Positions 37,555-49,585 are shown, numbered from the whole stretch's first letter. The stretch is 58,251 bases of DNA, filler included, from Dugesia japonica (GCA_001938525.1; 6 parts of 6 records of this genome joined end to end with filler, not necessarily neighbours in it); one strand, 5' to 3'. Notes: generated by a model from the letters alone, not told the origin. Numbers and translations are program-made.

Positions 37555-37967
37555 CAACATCCTGATATACTATGTAGAAGACAACCTTCGAACTAAGGAT
37601 TGGGAAACGCGAAAGACCCAGAACCAAGAAATAAAAATATGTGCAAGAAACGAATTTAACTATCATACCATTATTTGGCAGTTCCGGCGCTATCAGGTAA
37701 GAAAATTTGGAGAGGAGATAGAAAGGGAAAGGCAAACAAGTATAACCTTCAATCAAGGTTGTAAGTAGTTTCCTCAGAATTTTCTATTTTGTTATTTGGT
37801 TCCATAAAAATTAACACTTGAGTTGTAAAAATTTATTTTAAACTATTATTCTTTTATTGATTTGCCACAAAAAATTCCCCGAATCAACCTGTGTATTTAA
37901 TTTACCTCACATCCCCCTCTTTTAAGATTTTTTTTAGCTTCTCGACGTTTCTTTCTACGACTTTGCC

Positions 37968-38067
37968 NNNNNNNNNNNNNNNNNNNNNNNNNNNNNNNNN
38001 NNNNNNNNNNNTTAATTAATTAANNNNNNNNNNNNNNNNNNNNNNNNNNNNNNNNNNNNNNNNNNNN
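37968..38067. other. Artificial assembly linker 44N-TTAATTAATTAA-44N
   Basis: Same 100-nt spacer. Confidence 0.97.
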
Positions 38068-38792
38068 ATAATATGAAAATTTAAAATTTTTTAAATGAAA
38101 TTTATATGGGAATTTGAATGAACAGTCTAAATGTTTGAAAAACTATGTTCTATATATCAGATTTTGTAGATTTTTATACCAAACTGCTGAGAACTTTACT
38201 GCGATCATTTCTCACAAATAAAATATTTCCACAGTGTGAGTATCGATTCATGAATTTCGGATGTCTGAGATTTTTTCATTTTTATATTTTATATTAAGAT
38301 TATTTTTTTTGAAATTTTTAAAATATAAAATTTTAAAAATTATAAGGTTGAAAAATAAATAAATGTATAAGTAAAACAAAGATATTTTAAATTAAAATTA
38401 AAATTTTACATGGTGTTAAATTATAAAATTATTTTGTAAAATGAGGTTTAAAAATAATTATTTTGGAATTCAAAAAACCAATATTTTTGAAAAATATTTT
38501 ATTAAAATTTCTCAGATTATTTGTTTGAAATTTGTGAATTGTTATTTTATATTTTTATTTTTTAAGATAAGACTTCTAATAATCAATAATAATCAACAAT
38601 TTATGGAGACTTTTGAGACTTTAAATTTAACTAATACAAAGAATTTTCCTTCTCAAATAAGTTGAGAAAGTATCCATTAGATGGAGAAATTTTCGCTGAT
38701 TTCAAATATGTTAACTTAAAATTGCCAAAATTAATACTTAATGAAATAAATGAGGTTTTATAATGAAAAAATCTCACATTTAGAATTTTTAT
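38068..38792. repeat. Left arm of a long inverted repeat (partner 44455-44774)
   Basis: 38068-38230 is nearly the exact reverse complement of 44612-44774; 38638-38792 is a more diverged reverse complement of 44455-44610. Confidence 0.85.
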
Positions 38793-40559
38793 AGTCAATT
38801 TTTTCTGCGTACATAATTCGTATGGTTTCAAATTTAGTATTATTGTACTCCGGAAGAAAAAGAGACTGTGCAAAGTTAAAATATCGTTTCGGTAAAAATG
38901 CTTCCTAACGATTATTTACAGCCGTCCACCCGGATTTGGTAACTTTTTTCGAAAATATTAAAATTATCTTAAATTTAATTATAAATTAGTCTATTCAATT
39001 GAGAATTTTTAACTGATTTCAAATATATAAACCTAAAATCGTCAAACATTATAGATAAAAAGTTTTATTGAAAAACAAGAACTTAATTTGGGAGTCCCTG
39101 AAGAACATAAAAATAACATGATAATTTATTCAGTGAGGTCAATTTTGAGGTGTATTTTAGATCAAATTTTACTCCTCACCAATCCTCAGACAATCCTCTG
39201 CACTCTGTACACTAGTGCTCAGAGATTCAAACTCTGCTAGATGTTCGTTGATTTTTTAGTCATCAATGGTTTTCTCACTTTTTGCAGGTTTTTTACTAAT
39301 AGTAAATGTACTGTTTAATTAATATTTAATTATTTAACCTGTTCTAAATTTTCACTTGTAATTTTGATTAATTTAATTAATGTTTAATTTACAATAGGAA
39401 TATTTTATTAAGTATTGGTAATTTTTAAAAAATTTGTAATTATTTATGGAATATATCTCCTATAATTGATTGAATAAATTAAGTATGATGAATTGATTAA
39501 TTTTCAATGTGTAATTTGATTAAAAATATACTTTTGTAAGTAAATGTTTAGTCGTGTTTTGAAAATAAATTAGATTTCAATTATATTTTTATAATTAAAT
39601 TTAAAATTTTTAACAGAAAATGTTTATTAATTATTGATGAAATTTTGAAATATTTTAAAATCAAATTAAATTTCACATTTATTTTTTAATTGATGTTTAA
39701 TTTATAATAGAAAATTTTTATTGATCATTGATTCATTAAATTAATTTCTAAACAATTATTGGAAATATTTCATAATTGATAAAATTGATTAAGTATAATG
39801 GATTTAATAATTTTAAAATAATTATCAGTAAAAGTACATACAACTTGAATTTATGTAAAAACACATTAATTTTAGAAATATTTTTCAAATAAATAGTTAA
39901 AATTATGCTTTTTTAAATTAGAGTAGAGTATTAATAAAAAATAAAAACTTAAATCAAATTTAAACATCAAAGTAATTATTAGATAGAAAATTTAATGCTA
40001 AGCAAGAATAACATGGTTAAAAATCGTCAATCTTTAACCTTAATGAAAATAGTTGATTTCAAACTTTAATTGTAATAATTGAAATTTTTATTAAGCATTA
40101 GATAATTTGAAATAATTCGAAATATTTATTGAAAGTGACTTAAATAATTGATTGAATAAATCATTTTCAAATAATTATGAGAAAAATATCTAAAACATTA
40201 ATTTTACGTGTAAAATACAGCCACTTTAGACTTTTTAAAATAATAAGTGAAATTTAAGCTTTTACAATTATAAAGATGAAAACATCTTTACAATTTTTTT
40301 TATTTTCAATTAAGATATTAAAATAAATAAGAATGATTTTAAAATTACTCAAATAGTTATTGATTTGATTATAATTTTACTTTGAATAAAATTTCTTTGA
40401 AGATTTAACTAACTGATTTAAAAAAAATTTAAATGAATTAATTAATTAATTTCAAAGCTAAATATTAGGTTCATGAATAATTCGTTAGAATTTCAATGAA
40501 TGAAAGAATAAATTTGGTGACCAATAAGCAAAAATACTAAGAAGTTAAAACGGTTCTCA

Positions 40560-40925
40560 TTTGCACTTTTTTAAAATCATGTAGAATTCATTTTCTTTCT
40601 TTTTGAATCTTTCAATCCTCAACCAAATAATTACAAAGTGTTGCAGTACATACATTTAATTTGGCATAGTTACTGAGATTCAGAGCAGAATCCACATCTA
40701 ATAATGCATCCAAAACGGCATTGTTAAACTTTCTGGGTAGATCTGGTTAATCAGAAGCATTGTGATCGTTACTTATGAACCGCTGAAACCATTCTCTGCA
40801 CATATTTTCTAATAGAGTAGAAGAGTGGAATGGAGTGCAGAATATCATATCGATAAAACTGGTTTCAGCGCTTTATGTTTTTCAAATCTAATCTTTGGTT
40901 AAAGCTCATTTTTGTTTTGATTTGC
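40560..40925 (-). mobile_element. Mariner transposase relic (N-terminal HTH)
   Basis: Minus strand reads TLLENMCREWFQRFISNDHNASD*PDLPRKFNNAVLDALLDVDS, a Mos1-like CREWFQRF motif. Confidence 0.75.
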
Positions 40926-42019
40926 ATTAAATTATGATAAATGTATAACTTACTTCACGTTTATTTTTTCAAATATATATTGCTTTGTAAATACCACTCT
41001 TTCCTATTAACGGCAGAAATTATTACATTTATTGTTATTAATGTAATTTTTAAATTAATTAAAACACCAATTATAATTTCACATTATAACTTTTTAATAA
41101 ATACCATTTATTTTACAAATCCATTTCATATAATTAGTTTTTAAAATATGTTTAATAATTTTAATTAGTAACATTTGAATAAAACACACAATCTGTAACT
41201 ATTAATTTTATATAGTAATACACATTGATGTATTATTGTTAACATTCACATTACAAATTAAGATAATCATTTAATACTTAACAGTTTTACCATAAAGAAT
41301 ATACATTTTAAATAAAATTTCACTATTATTAAGAAAATGAAATAGAAAAATAATTTATTTTAATTTAACTCATTTTCACTAAATTATGATTGTTGGCATG
41401 CTTTTTAAATTATTTATCATGTAATATATCATTTTTGTTGTTAAAGTTAGAAAATAAGCATGTTGTAGAAAATGAAAAGTAAATATTTCATTGCAAATAC
41501 CAAATTAAATTTATTTAATATTTATAAATAGAAAAGAAAGCTCATGGTTTCAAAAAAAGTATATTAATGAAATCATATAGTAATTATATTTTGTTAGTAC
41601 AAATAAATTTTTTACTATTAAATAAAAGCAGATTTTTAAACAAAAATATCGCTTTTCTTCTGAAACAATCTATTTCTACCATTTTTATTAGACGGAAGGA
41701 AATAATATAATATTATAGTAAAATAATCTGAAAAGAAATATTTTTCCGTGGAACATCGCTAAAAGTACTAATATGTGACGTCATGGGTCTTGATTAATGT
41801 ATTTGAAGTATTTTACAAGTAGATGATTAATTGGTTAATGAAGCACATTTGAAGATCCATTGTAAAAGAAACTTTGTATATTAAGATGAAAATATTTGAA
41901 TAATCAACCGGTTATTAATTGTAAACTATATATTCAGTGTGAAATACAGGGTTGACTGTAAGATATAAATGATGAACAGATTAACCCATTGACTGAATAA
42001 TCAATAGGTAAATGATGAT

Positions 42020-42330
42020 AGAGAATATTGTGTATGTTAATACTTGATGATAATGAGAGTTGTATATGTTAATAGCAGTTTATAGCAAGTATTGTGTATG
42101 TTAATACTTACTGATAGTGAGTATTGTATATGTTAACACTTGATTATAGTGAGAATTGTATATGTTAAGCGCTATTGATAGCAGGTATTATGTATTAAGA
42201 CTTGATGAAAGCGAATATTGTACTGTTTGTATGTTAAGACCTGTTGATAACGAGTACTATGTATGTTAAAACTTGGTGATAGCGAGAGTTGTGTACTATG
42301 ATTTAAGTGTTGTGGTAACGAATATTATAC
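42020..42330. repeat. About 32-bp minisatellite (GAGTATTGTATATGTTAATACTTGATGATAGC-like), about 9 degenerate copies
   Basis: Recurrent TTGTRTATGTTAA core at about 32-nt spacing. Confidence 0.8.
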
Positions 42331-42508
42331 TAAGTATAATTAATAGGTGAATAATGTTTTGCCCGATTTCCTTATATTTTGCCAGATTTCCTTATATTTT
42401 GCTCTGTTTTTCCCACCATTTATCCTATTTCTTCATATTTTATTCACATTTATAGAATAAGCTTGGAGTATCAATAATGAGGCTAGGTTTAATTTATTGG
42501 ATGATTAC

Positions 42509-43934
42509 GTAACAAGATAAGCCTCTATTAATAAGTTATGGTTTATTCTATTGGATAAAAGATTAAGTCCATTACAATTTGAGATAAATATGATTTCAAC
42601 ATGAAAATAATAGGTTTATCTTGTGACAAATAAGTATTTCTTCACTTTTTTCCTTCATCCTTGCTTGCTTCCTGTTTCCTTGCGTGCTCCTTGTTCCTTG
42701 CGTGCATTTTGGCAAACCTGCGTGCACTTTGGTTTTCGTGGGTTTATTTATCTTTTAAATGCTTAATTATCAGTCAGTAAAATCAACATTTTAACTATAA
42801 TTTGTACCTTATTACACGGTTTCGTTATTGAAAATATGAGTTTCACTATTGAAAAATAATGGACTTATCATAGAAAACTGTGGGATAATTATAGAAAATA
42901 CAAGTTTTACCATTAGAAAATATTATTTTGGACATATAAAATATTTAATAGAGTAAATCTAGTCACTAATTATACTGCATTTATTATATACTGCATTTAA
43001 TATGCTTAATGAGTCTATTTTTGTTCCTTTTTGCCTATTTTCCCATCATTTCCCCCTACTTTAGTCATTTACCCTATATTTTCCTGATTTACCCATATTT
43101 AGCTACATTTAGCTATATTTTCATTATTTTCCACAATGTTTCATCATTTACATTATTTAGCTATATTTATTCTCTAATTTCTATTGAATCTTAATCTTTA
43201 AAGAGTAACATTTAGAGATAAAAGGAGATAATAAGACTGAGTGATAGTGAGTAAGAGTTGATATGACATGCTTCTTATTTAAAATAACTATTTCATTATA
43301 TTTTAATCGTCTGATTATCCTTCTACTTCTTTGCTTACTCCTTGATTCTCTGCGTGTACCTTGGCAACCCTGCTTGCAATTTGGTTTCCATGGGTTTATT
43401 TTTAGATGTTAGAAAATATGAGTTCAACATTAAAAATTTGGGTCTTATTATTAGAAATACTTGATTCAAAATTAAAAATATAGGTTTAATAGAAAACAAG
43501 AATTTTATCATTAAAATACTGGTTTTAACAAGAAAGTATGGGTTTTAATATGAGAAATATAGGTTTTTATAATTAAATATAAGACCATTAAATCATATTT
43601 ATTCAATAAAGCAATTGTTGTAAGTGGTCTCCACTATATTATAATTATTTATTTAGAAGAACATATTGACAAACAAGTAATACTTATTCAATTATTTATT
43701 ATTCAAATCAGGTTTTACTTCATGCTTAGTATGTTTCATTGTATTAATTTAGAAAAATGAACAAGAGTGGGAGGAAGCTAATGTTAATGATGACAAGACA
43801 GAGTGAAAAAGTATCATCAAATTTACTTGAAGTCAAATAATTTTATCCAAAATTTACATAAACTTTTAAAACATGATTAAAAATTTACTAGAACGTTTTT
43901 CTAATCGTTGAAAAATTACACAAACTTTAAAACA
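42509..43934. repeat. 1426-bp direct duplication, copy 1
   Basis: Appears identical to 45027-46452 (offset 2518; identical ORFs at 43009 and 45527). Confidence 0.93.
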
Positions 43935-44235
43935 TTGTTGAAAATTTACTAGAACTTTTTTAAAACTAGTCAAAATTCACATGAACTTTTCTAAAGCTAG
44001 TCAACATTTGCAGAAACCTTTCTAAAATCCTAAAATCCAGTGTAAAAGAGCGGGAAAATAATTATAAAATTTAATAGAAATTTTTCAAAATTATTGACAT
44101 TTTACATGAACTTTTTTAAAACTAGTCAGAATTTCCACAAACTTTTCTAAAACTGGTTAAAATTTACAGGAACTTTTTAATCATGATTGAAAATTTCAAT
44201 AAATTATTTTAAAGTTAGTTAAAATTTACATAAAT
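43850..44235. repeat. About 30-bp degenerate tandem repeat (AAAATTTACATGAACTTTTCTAAAACTAGTC-like)
   Basis: Recurrent AAAATTTAC...AACTTTT units. Confidence 0.65.
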
Positions 44236-44454
44236 ATTTCTGTTATATTGACTCTAATGCTGACAAGTGACTATATACAACATACTGATTGTTCAATCAA
44301 TCAATTGTACTTTGATTGTACTATCAATCAAACCAAATAATTCAGTCAATCATTCACATATTTTCCACCTAAATATAATAAAATCTTTTAAAAATATAGG
44401 TTCATTCCAACTAATGTACATTATTCACCTATTAATCATACCTATTAATCATAA

Positions 44455-44774
44455 TAAAAATTCAAAATGTGAGATTTTATCATTATAAAACCTCATTTTT
44501 ATTTCATCGAGTGTTAATTTTGGCGATTTTAAGTTAACATATTACGAATCAGCGAACATTTCTCTATCTAATAGATACTTTCTTAACTCATTTGTGAAAG
44601 AAAATTCTTTTGAAATATTTTTATTTGTGAGAAATGATCGCCGTAAAGTTCTCAGCAGTTTGGTATAAAAATCTACAAAATCTGATATATAGAACATATA
44701 TTTTCAAACATTTAGCCTGTTCATTCAAATTCCCATATAAATTTCATTTAAAAAATTTTAAATTTTCATATTAT
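44455..44774. repeat. Right arm of the long inverted repeat (partner 38068-38792)
   Basis: Reverse-complement match to 38068-38230 and 38638-38792. Confidence 0.85.
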
Positions 44775-45026
44775 TTAAACAACATCGGCTTGCGCGCATT
44801 CCCATAAAAAATGTTTAAAAAACTTGAAAAATTTAAACAAATTTAACTTATCACATGAATTTCCTTAAAATTCAACCCAAACTGACTAGCCCAGTAAATT
44901 ATCATTAAAATTCTCCTAAAACTTAGCCTTGTGAGGAAACAAATTGACCAAATCGTCCAAAACTGACTAAAATTGACCATTCCCGAAAAAATAATTGACC
45001 GAATCATCTATAATTTACCAAAATTG

Positions 45027-46452
45027 GTAACAAGATAAGCCTCTATTAATAAGTTATGGTTTATTCTATTGGATAAAAGATTAAGTCCATTACAATTTGA
45101 GATAAATATGATTTCAACATGAAAATAATAGGTTTATCTTGTGACAAATAAGTATTTCTTCACTTTTTTCCTTCATCCTTGCTTGCTTCCTGTTTCCTTG
45201 CGTGCTCCTTGTTCCTTGCGTGCATTTTGGCAAACCTGCGTGCACTTTGGTTTTCGTGGGTTTATTTATCTTTTAAATGCTTAATTATCAGTCAGTAAAA
45301 TCAACATTTTAACTATAATTTGTACCTTATTACACGGTTTCGTTATTGAAAATATGAGTTTCACTATTGAAAAATAATGGACTTATCATAGAAAACTGTG
45401 GGATAATTATAGAAAATACAAGTTTTACCATTAGAAAATATTATTTTGGACATATAAAATATTTAATAGAGTAAATCTAGTCACTAATTATACTGCATTT
45501 ATTATATACTGCATTTAATATGCTTAATGAGTCTATTTTTGTTCCTTTTTGCCTATTTTCCCATCATTTCCCCCTACTTTAGTCATTTACCCTATATTTT
45601 CCTGATTTACCCATATTTAGCTACATTTAGCTATATTTTCATTATTTTCCACAATGTTTCATCATTTACATTATTTAGCTATATTTATTCTCTAATTTCT
45701 ATTGAATCTTAATCTTTAAAGAGTAACATTTAGAGATAAAAGGAGATAATAAGACTGAGTGATAGTGAGTAAGAGTTGATATGACATGCTTCTTATTTAA
45801 AATAACTATTTCATTATATTTTAATCGTCTGATTATCCTTCTACTTCTTTGCTTACTCCTTGATTCTCTGCGTGTACCTTGGCAACCCTGCTTGCAATTT
45901 GGTTTCCATGGGTTTATTTTTAGATGTTAGAAAATATGAGTTCAACATTAAAAATTTGGGTCTTATTATTAGAAATACTTGATTCAAAATTAAAAATATA
46001 GGTTTAATAGAAAACAAGAATTTTATCATTAAAATACTGGTTTTAACAAGAAAGTATGGGTTTTAATATGAGAAATATAGGTTTTTATAATTAAATATAA
46101 GACCATTAAATCATATTTATTCAATAAAGCAATTGTTGTAAGTGGTCTCCACTATATTATAATTATTTATTTAGAAGAACATATTGACAAACAAGTAATA
46201 CTTATTCAATTATTTATTATTCAAATCAGGTTTTACTTCATGCTTAGTATGTTTCATTGTATTAATTTAGAAAAATGAACAAGAGTGGGAGGAAGCTAAT
46301 GTTAATGATGACAAGACAGAGTGAAAAAGTATCATCAAATTTACTTGAAGTCAAATAATTTTATCCAAAATTTACATAAACTTTTAAAACATGATTAAAA
46401 ATTTACTAGAACGTTTTTCTAATCGTTGAAAAATTACACAAACTTTAAAACA
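45027..46452. repeat. 1426-bp direct duplication, copy 2 (ends at the linker)
   Basis: Appears identical to 42509-43934. Confidence 0.93.
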
Positions 46453-46552
46453 NNNNNNNNNNNNNNNNNNNNNNNNNNNNNNNNNNNNNNNNNNNNTTAA
46501 TTAATTAANNNNNNNNNNNNNNNNNNNNNNNNNNNNNNNNNNNNNNNNNNNN
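46453..46552. other. Artificial assembly linker 44N-TTAATTAATTAA-44N
   Basis: Same 100-nt spacer; it supplies the false stop of track ORF 46497-47321. Confidence 0.97.
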
Positions 46553-48245
46553 TAGAATAATTAAGTTTTATAAAAATTTCAAAAGCATCTTTTTCAAAAA
46601 ATCCTGTAAATATAAAATAAAATGGAGGAATAATATATCCAGGTAACATAAGTATAAAAGGTTCTATAAGATAAAAATATAAAATTTCATTTTTAATTTC
46701 ACATTTTCCTTTTCTATGAAATTTAAATTTAAATACATTACCACCAGGTGGGTTGGAAAATGAAAACCCTGGAAGTTTATTATTTAATTTTTGAAAAACA
46801 CTAATAATAAAAATTACAGTTTTTTGGTATTTTATGGGTAATAAAAATTTCATATCAAAAAATGGTAAATAATTATTAATCATAAAGTTTAATTTTGAAT
46901 AAATATAAAAATCATATTTTTCACTATATTCTTTCAATAAATCATTAATGGGTTTAATATAACCTTTATAAAGAAGTGGTTTTATTTTTTCAATTTCTAA
47001 TAATAATTTATCTTTATCACTTATTCCACTTTTAATAATTAATTCTTCAAAAGAATAATTTGTTGGTAAAATCTTTTTAATAGTATTTGGAGAAGTAGAT
47101 GATTTTATTGTTTCAAAAAAAATAAATTTTAAATCAAAATCATAATATTTTAGTTTCTTCTTAACACCATCAATTTCTATAATAAATTCAAGAGATTTGA
47201 TTATTGGAAAATTATAACCTTTAATCTCAATATTAAAAATCTCAGGAAAAGTCCTAAATAAAATAATTTCTAAAGGTTCTTTAGTAACCCATGATGTGGT
47301 GGAAAAATTGTTTAGGAACATAATTTCTCCTTTTCTTTTAAATTCATAATTAGTTATAGATTTATCAAAATAAGAAAGTGGGAGTGTATTCTTAGGTCTT
47401 TATATTAAACAAAATATTATCCCAGTTATATCAGGGATTATTATAAGTAGATTTTTTTTTCAAGCGTTGGAAAATAATTATAAATTATTTGTTTTAATTT
47501 ATATAAAACATGTTCAGATTTATTTTTTCTAAATTATTGAATTAAAGTATTAATTTTCTTAATATTACTTTCATTAAACTGACTTTTTATTTTTTCAAAT
47601 TCTTTAATTAAGGGATCAATTTTCATTTCATAAGATTTTATTTTATTTTTAACATGCTCAATATATAATAAAAATTTATCAAAAGTTTTCTTATCTAAAT
47701 CATCATCTAAAACATTAATTTTATCAAATCATTCCATAACTGGTTTCCTCAATATTATGTGTGAATTTAATTCTTGAAATTCAACTGTTTTTCTTAATAA
47801 ATCCCTTCTTTTAAATGGTAAAACTTCTAATTTTATTCTTTTAATTTCAGAATTTATTTTTTTAAATTCGTCTGGATTACAATTTTTTGATAAATTATTA
47901 ATTTTATCATTTATAGTTTTANTATCAANATTTTNATTTTTTTAATTCATCAACTTTAGTTTGTAAATAAATTTTATCACCTTTATATTTTTCTATGTTT
48001 AAAATTTTACTAAAAATTATTTCATGTCTTTCAATTTTATCTTCTTATTGTTTTACATATTTGAAATTAACTGCATCATTTAAATCTAAAGGATCTTCTA
48101 TTATTTTTAAACATGTAATCATGTCACCAGTTTCATTAACAAATTTATTTTCATTTTCTGCATTTGAAATCCGGATTTTAGCATCAACATGTTTAATTAA
48201 TTGTGAATTATTTACAGTGAATAAACTTTCTCCAAACTTATTCAT
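46553..48245 (-). pseudogene. Polinton fibre-like protein with repeated C-terminal domain (fragmented, truncated by linker)
   Basis: N-terminus MNKFG...FVNETGDMITCLKIIEDPLDLNDAVNFKYVKQ resembles the GD.M...DP...DA.NK.YV fibre repeat; a coiled coil follows; ORF 46553-47321 extends upstream in frame and contains an internal repeat. Confidence 0.5.
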
Positions 48246-48251
48246 TATTCG

Positions 48252-48679
48252 CTATTTCTTTATATAAATTTTTCATCTCTAAAATTATATCATCAATACT
48301 TTTATATTGAAGAGAATATAAAAAATAAATACATAAAATTCCACAAATTTTAGAACCAAAATGTTGAACTTGAATTTCATTATATTTAGTTACAAATTTT
48401 TCTAATTGTTCTAAAGGTTTTTAACCAAAAGAGTCAAAATAATAACCTTTAGTGAATGCAACCCAATGAGTTCCTTTTTGATTTGTATTTTGATAATTTA
48501 AAATAATATTGGGAATGTTTACATTCCCAAATTTTGATTCCAATATTTTTAGGTATTTCATTTTTCATATAAATTTCTAAATCCATATTTAAAAAATCTG
48601 CAATTGAATATAAATCAATATTTGTTATTGTAGAGATTCCAAATGTTTTTAAAAAATCTATAATTAAAAATGATGACAT
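48252..48679 (-). pseudogene. Adenain/Ulp1-like cysteine maturation protease
   Basis: After a frameshift at about 48500: NQKGTHWVAFTKGYYFDSFG*KPLEQLEKFVTKYNEIQVQHFGSKICGILCIYFL, containing the catalytic H, D, Q and C. Confidence 0.92.
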
Positions 48680-48697
48680 TTTCTAAAGAATAAATGT

Positions 48698-48798
48698 GTC
48701 GTCCCAGGACGACTGTTTTAAAAATATGTCGTATAGGAATGTTAAAGATTTTAAGATTTTAAAGTGACATTAAATAGAGCCACGTTGTGGCTCATTTA
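48698..48798 (-). promoter_or_regulatory. Intergenic cassette 1: hairpin, conserved 31-32-nt motif, hairpin
   Basis: GAGCCAC-gtt-GTGGCTC (48777-48793), motif 48723-48754, GTCGTC-ccag-GACGAC (48698-48713); lies between the penton stop and the protease ATG. Confidence 0.65.
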
Positions 48799-48801
48799 TT
48801 T

Positions 48802-49471
48802 TTAAAGTCTATATTTACGTAAATGAACTAAAATTGAAATTGTCTCTTGGTTAAAATCTATTGTATTAAAATTTTCATCTGCAATGTTAAATCTTAAACT
48901 ATCAATGTATTTTGTATTAATTTTAGAATAAATTGTTACAGATTGGTCTTTCAATAATTTTAAATCCAAAAGGTACTGTATTTATAGGAAATGAATATAA
49001 TAAATTTATTTGTTCAGTATTACCTTTTGGAGATTTTACATAATTACCTTTAACAATATTGCAAGTAATATTTATCATGTTAATATTTGAAATATCAATT
49101 TTATTATCTGAATAATAATTTCCTGGTGGATAAGGTTTTACAGTAAATCCTAAAATTTTATGAAAGAAAGAATTCTCATCAAAAGTTAATAAGTTTTTAG
49201 TTTTCATGTTACATTTTGTTGTTGATGTATCTGCTGAAACTTCTATTCCATATTTTTCTAATCTATTTGATATTTCTTTTATTTCATATGCACCAGGTTC
49301 TATNNNNNNNNNNNNNNNAAATTTATTATTTAAATTTGTAATGTTAAAAATAATATTATAACATGTAAAACAAATTAATCCAAGTTCATATTCTGAATCT
49401 AATTCTAAAGGAAATTTTAAATCTAATTTTAAATCTTGTTCTTTACCAACTATTAGGAATTGATGTGACAT
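48802..49471 (-). pseudogene. Minor capsid protein (penton, single jelly roll), frameshift at about 48935
   Basis: FPLELDSEYELGLICF..NIIFNITNLNNKF..IEPGAYEIKEI..NMINITCNIVKG..LYSFPINTVPFGFKIIERP / INTKYIDSLRFNIADENFNTIDFNQETISILVHLRK: typical Polinton minor capsid motifs. Confidence 0.88.
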
Positions 49472-49489
49472 TTCTTATAATAATAATAT

Positions 49490-49582
49490 AGGAAGCAAAG
49501 CTTCCTTTGTTAAGTTATAAAATTAATATGTCGTAATGGAATGAAAAGATTTTAATAATAAAACACGCTAGCAAGCTAGCGT
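49490..49582 (-). promoter_or_regulatory. Intergenic cassette 2: hairpin, conserved motif, hairpin
   Basis: ACGCTAGC-aa-GCTAGCGT (49565-49582), motif 49525-49555, AGGAAGC-aaa-GCTTCCT (49490-49506); lies between the upstream gene's stop and the penton ATG. Confidence 0.65.
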
Positions 49583-49585
49583 TTA

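Larger units (their letters stand above)
27143..37770 (+). mobile_element. Ty3/Gypsy LTR retrotransposon, defective (no protease/RT, 3' LTR not present)
   Basis: LTR end ...CCAACA, tRNA-Pro PBS, Gag with CCHC knuckles, RNase H followed by integrase with GPY motif (Gypsy order), extra 3' ORF. Both boundaries are approximate. Confidence 0.92.

Noticed and set aside
30616-37756. Minus-strand ORFs within the Gypsy element (e.g. 32804-33568, 35745-36140, 37265-37756)
   Set aside because: Antisense shadows of the A-rich sense coding strand, with no recognisable motifs.
42020-42330. About 32-bp periodic repeat as a CRISPR-like array
   Set aside because: Units are adjacent degenerate copies without unique spacers; the context is eukaryotic and no cas genes are present.
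43009-43194. Duplicated hydrophobic 61-aa ORF (also 45527-45712)
   Set aside because: Arises from T-rich degenerate tandem repeats inside the 1426-bp duplication.
49472-49480. TAAG before the Polinton ATGs (49471, 50926) as baculovirus-type late promoters
   Set aside because: A 4-5-nt motif is expected by chance at this AT content, and it is absent before the protease ATG.
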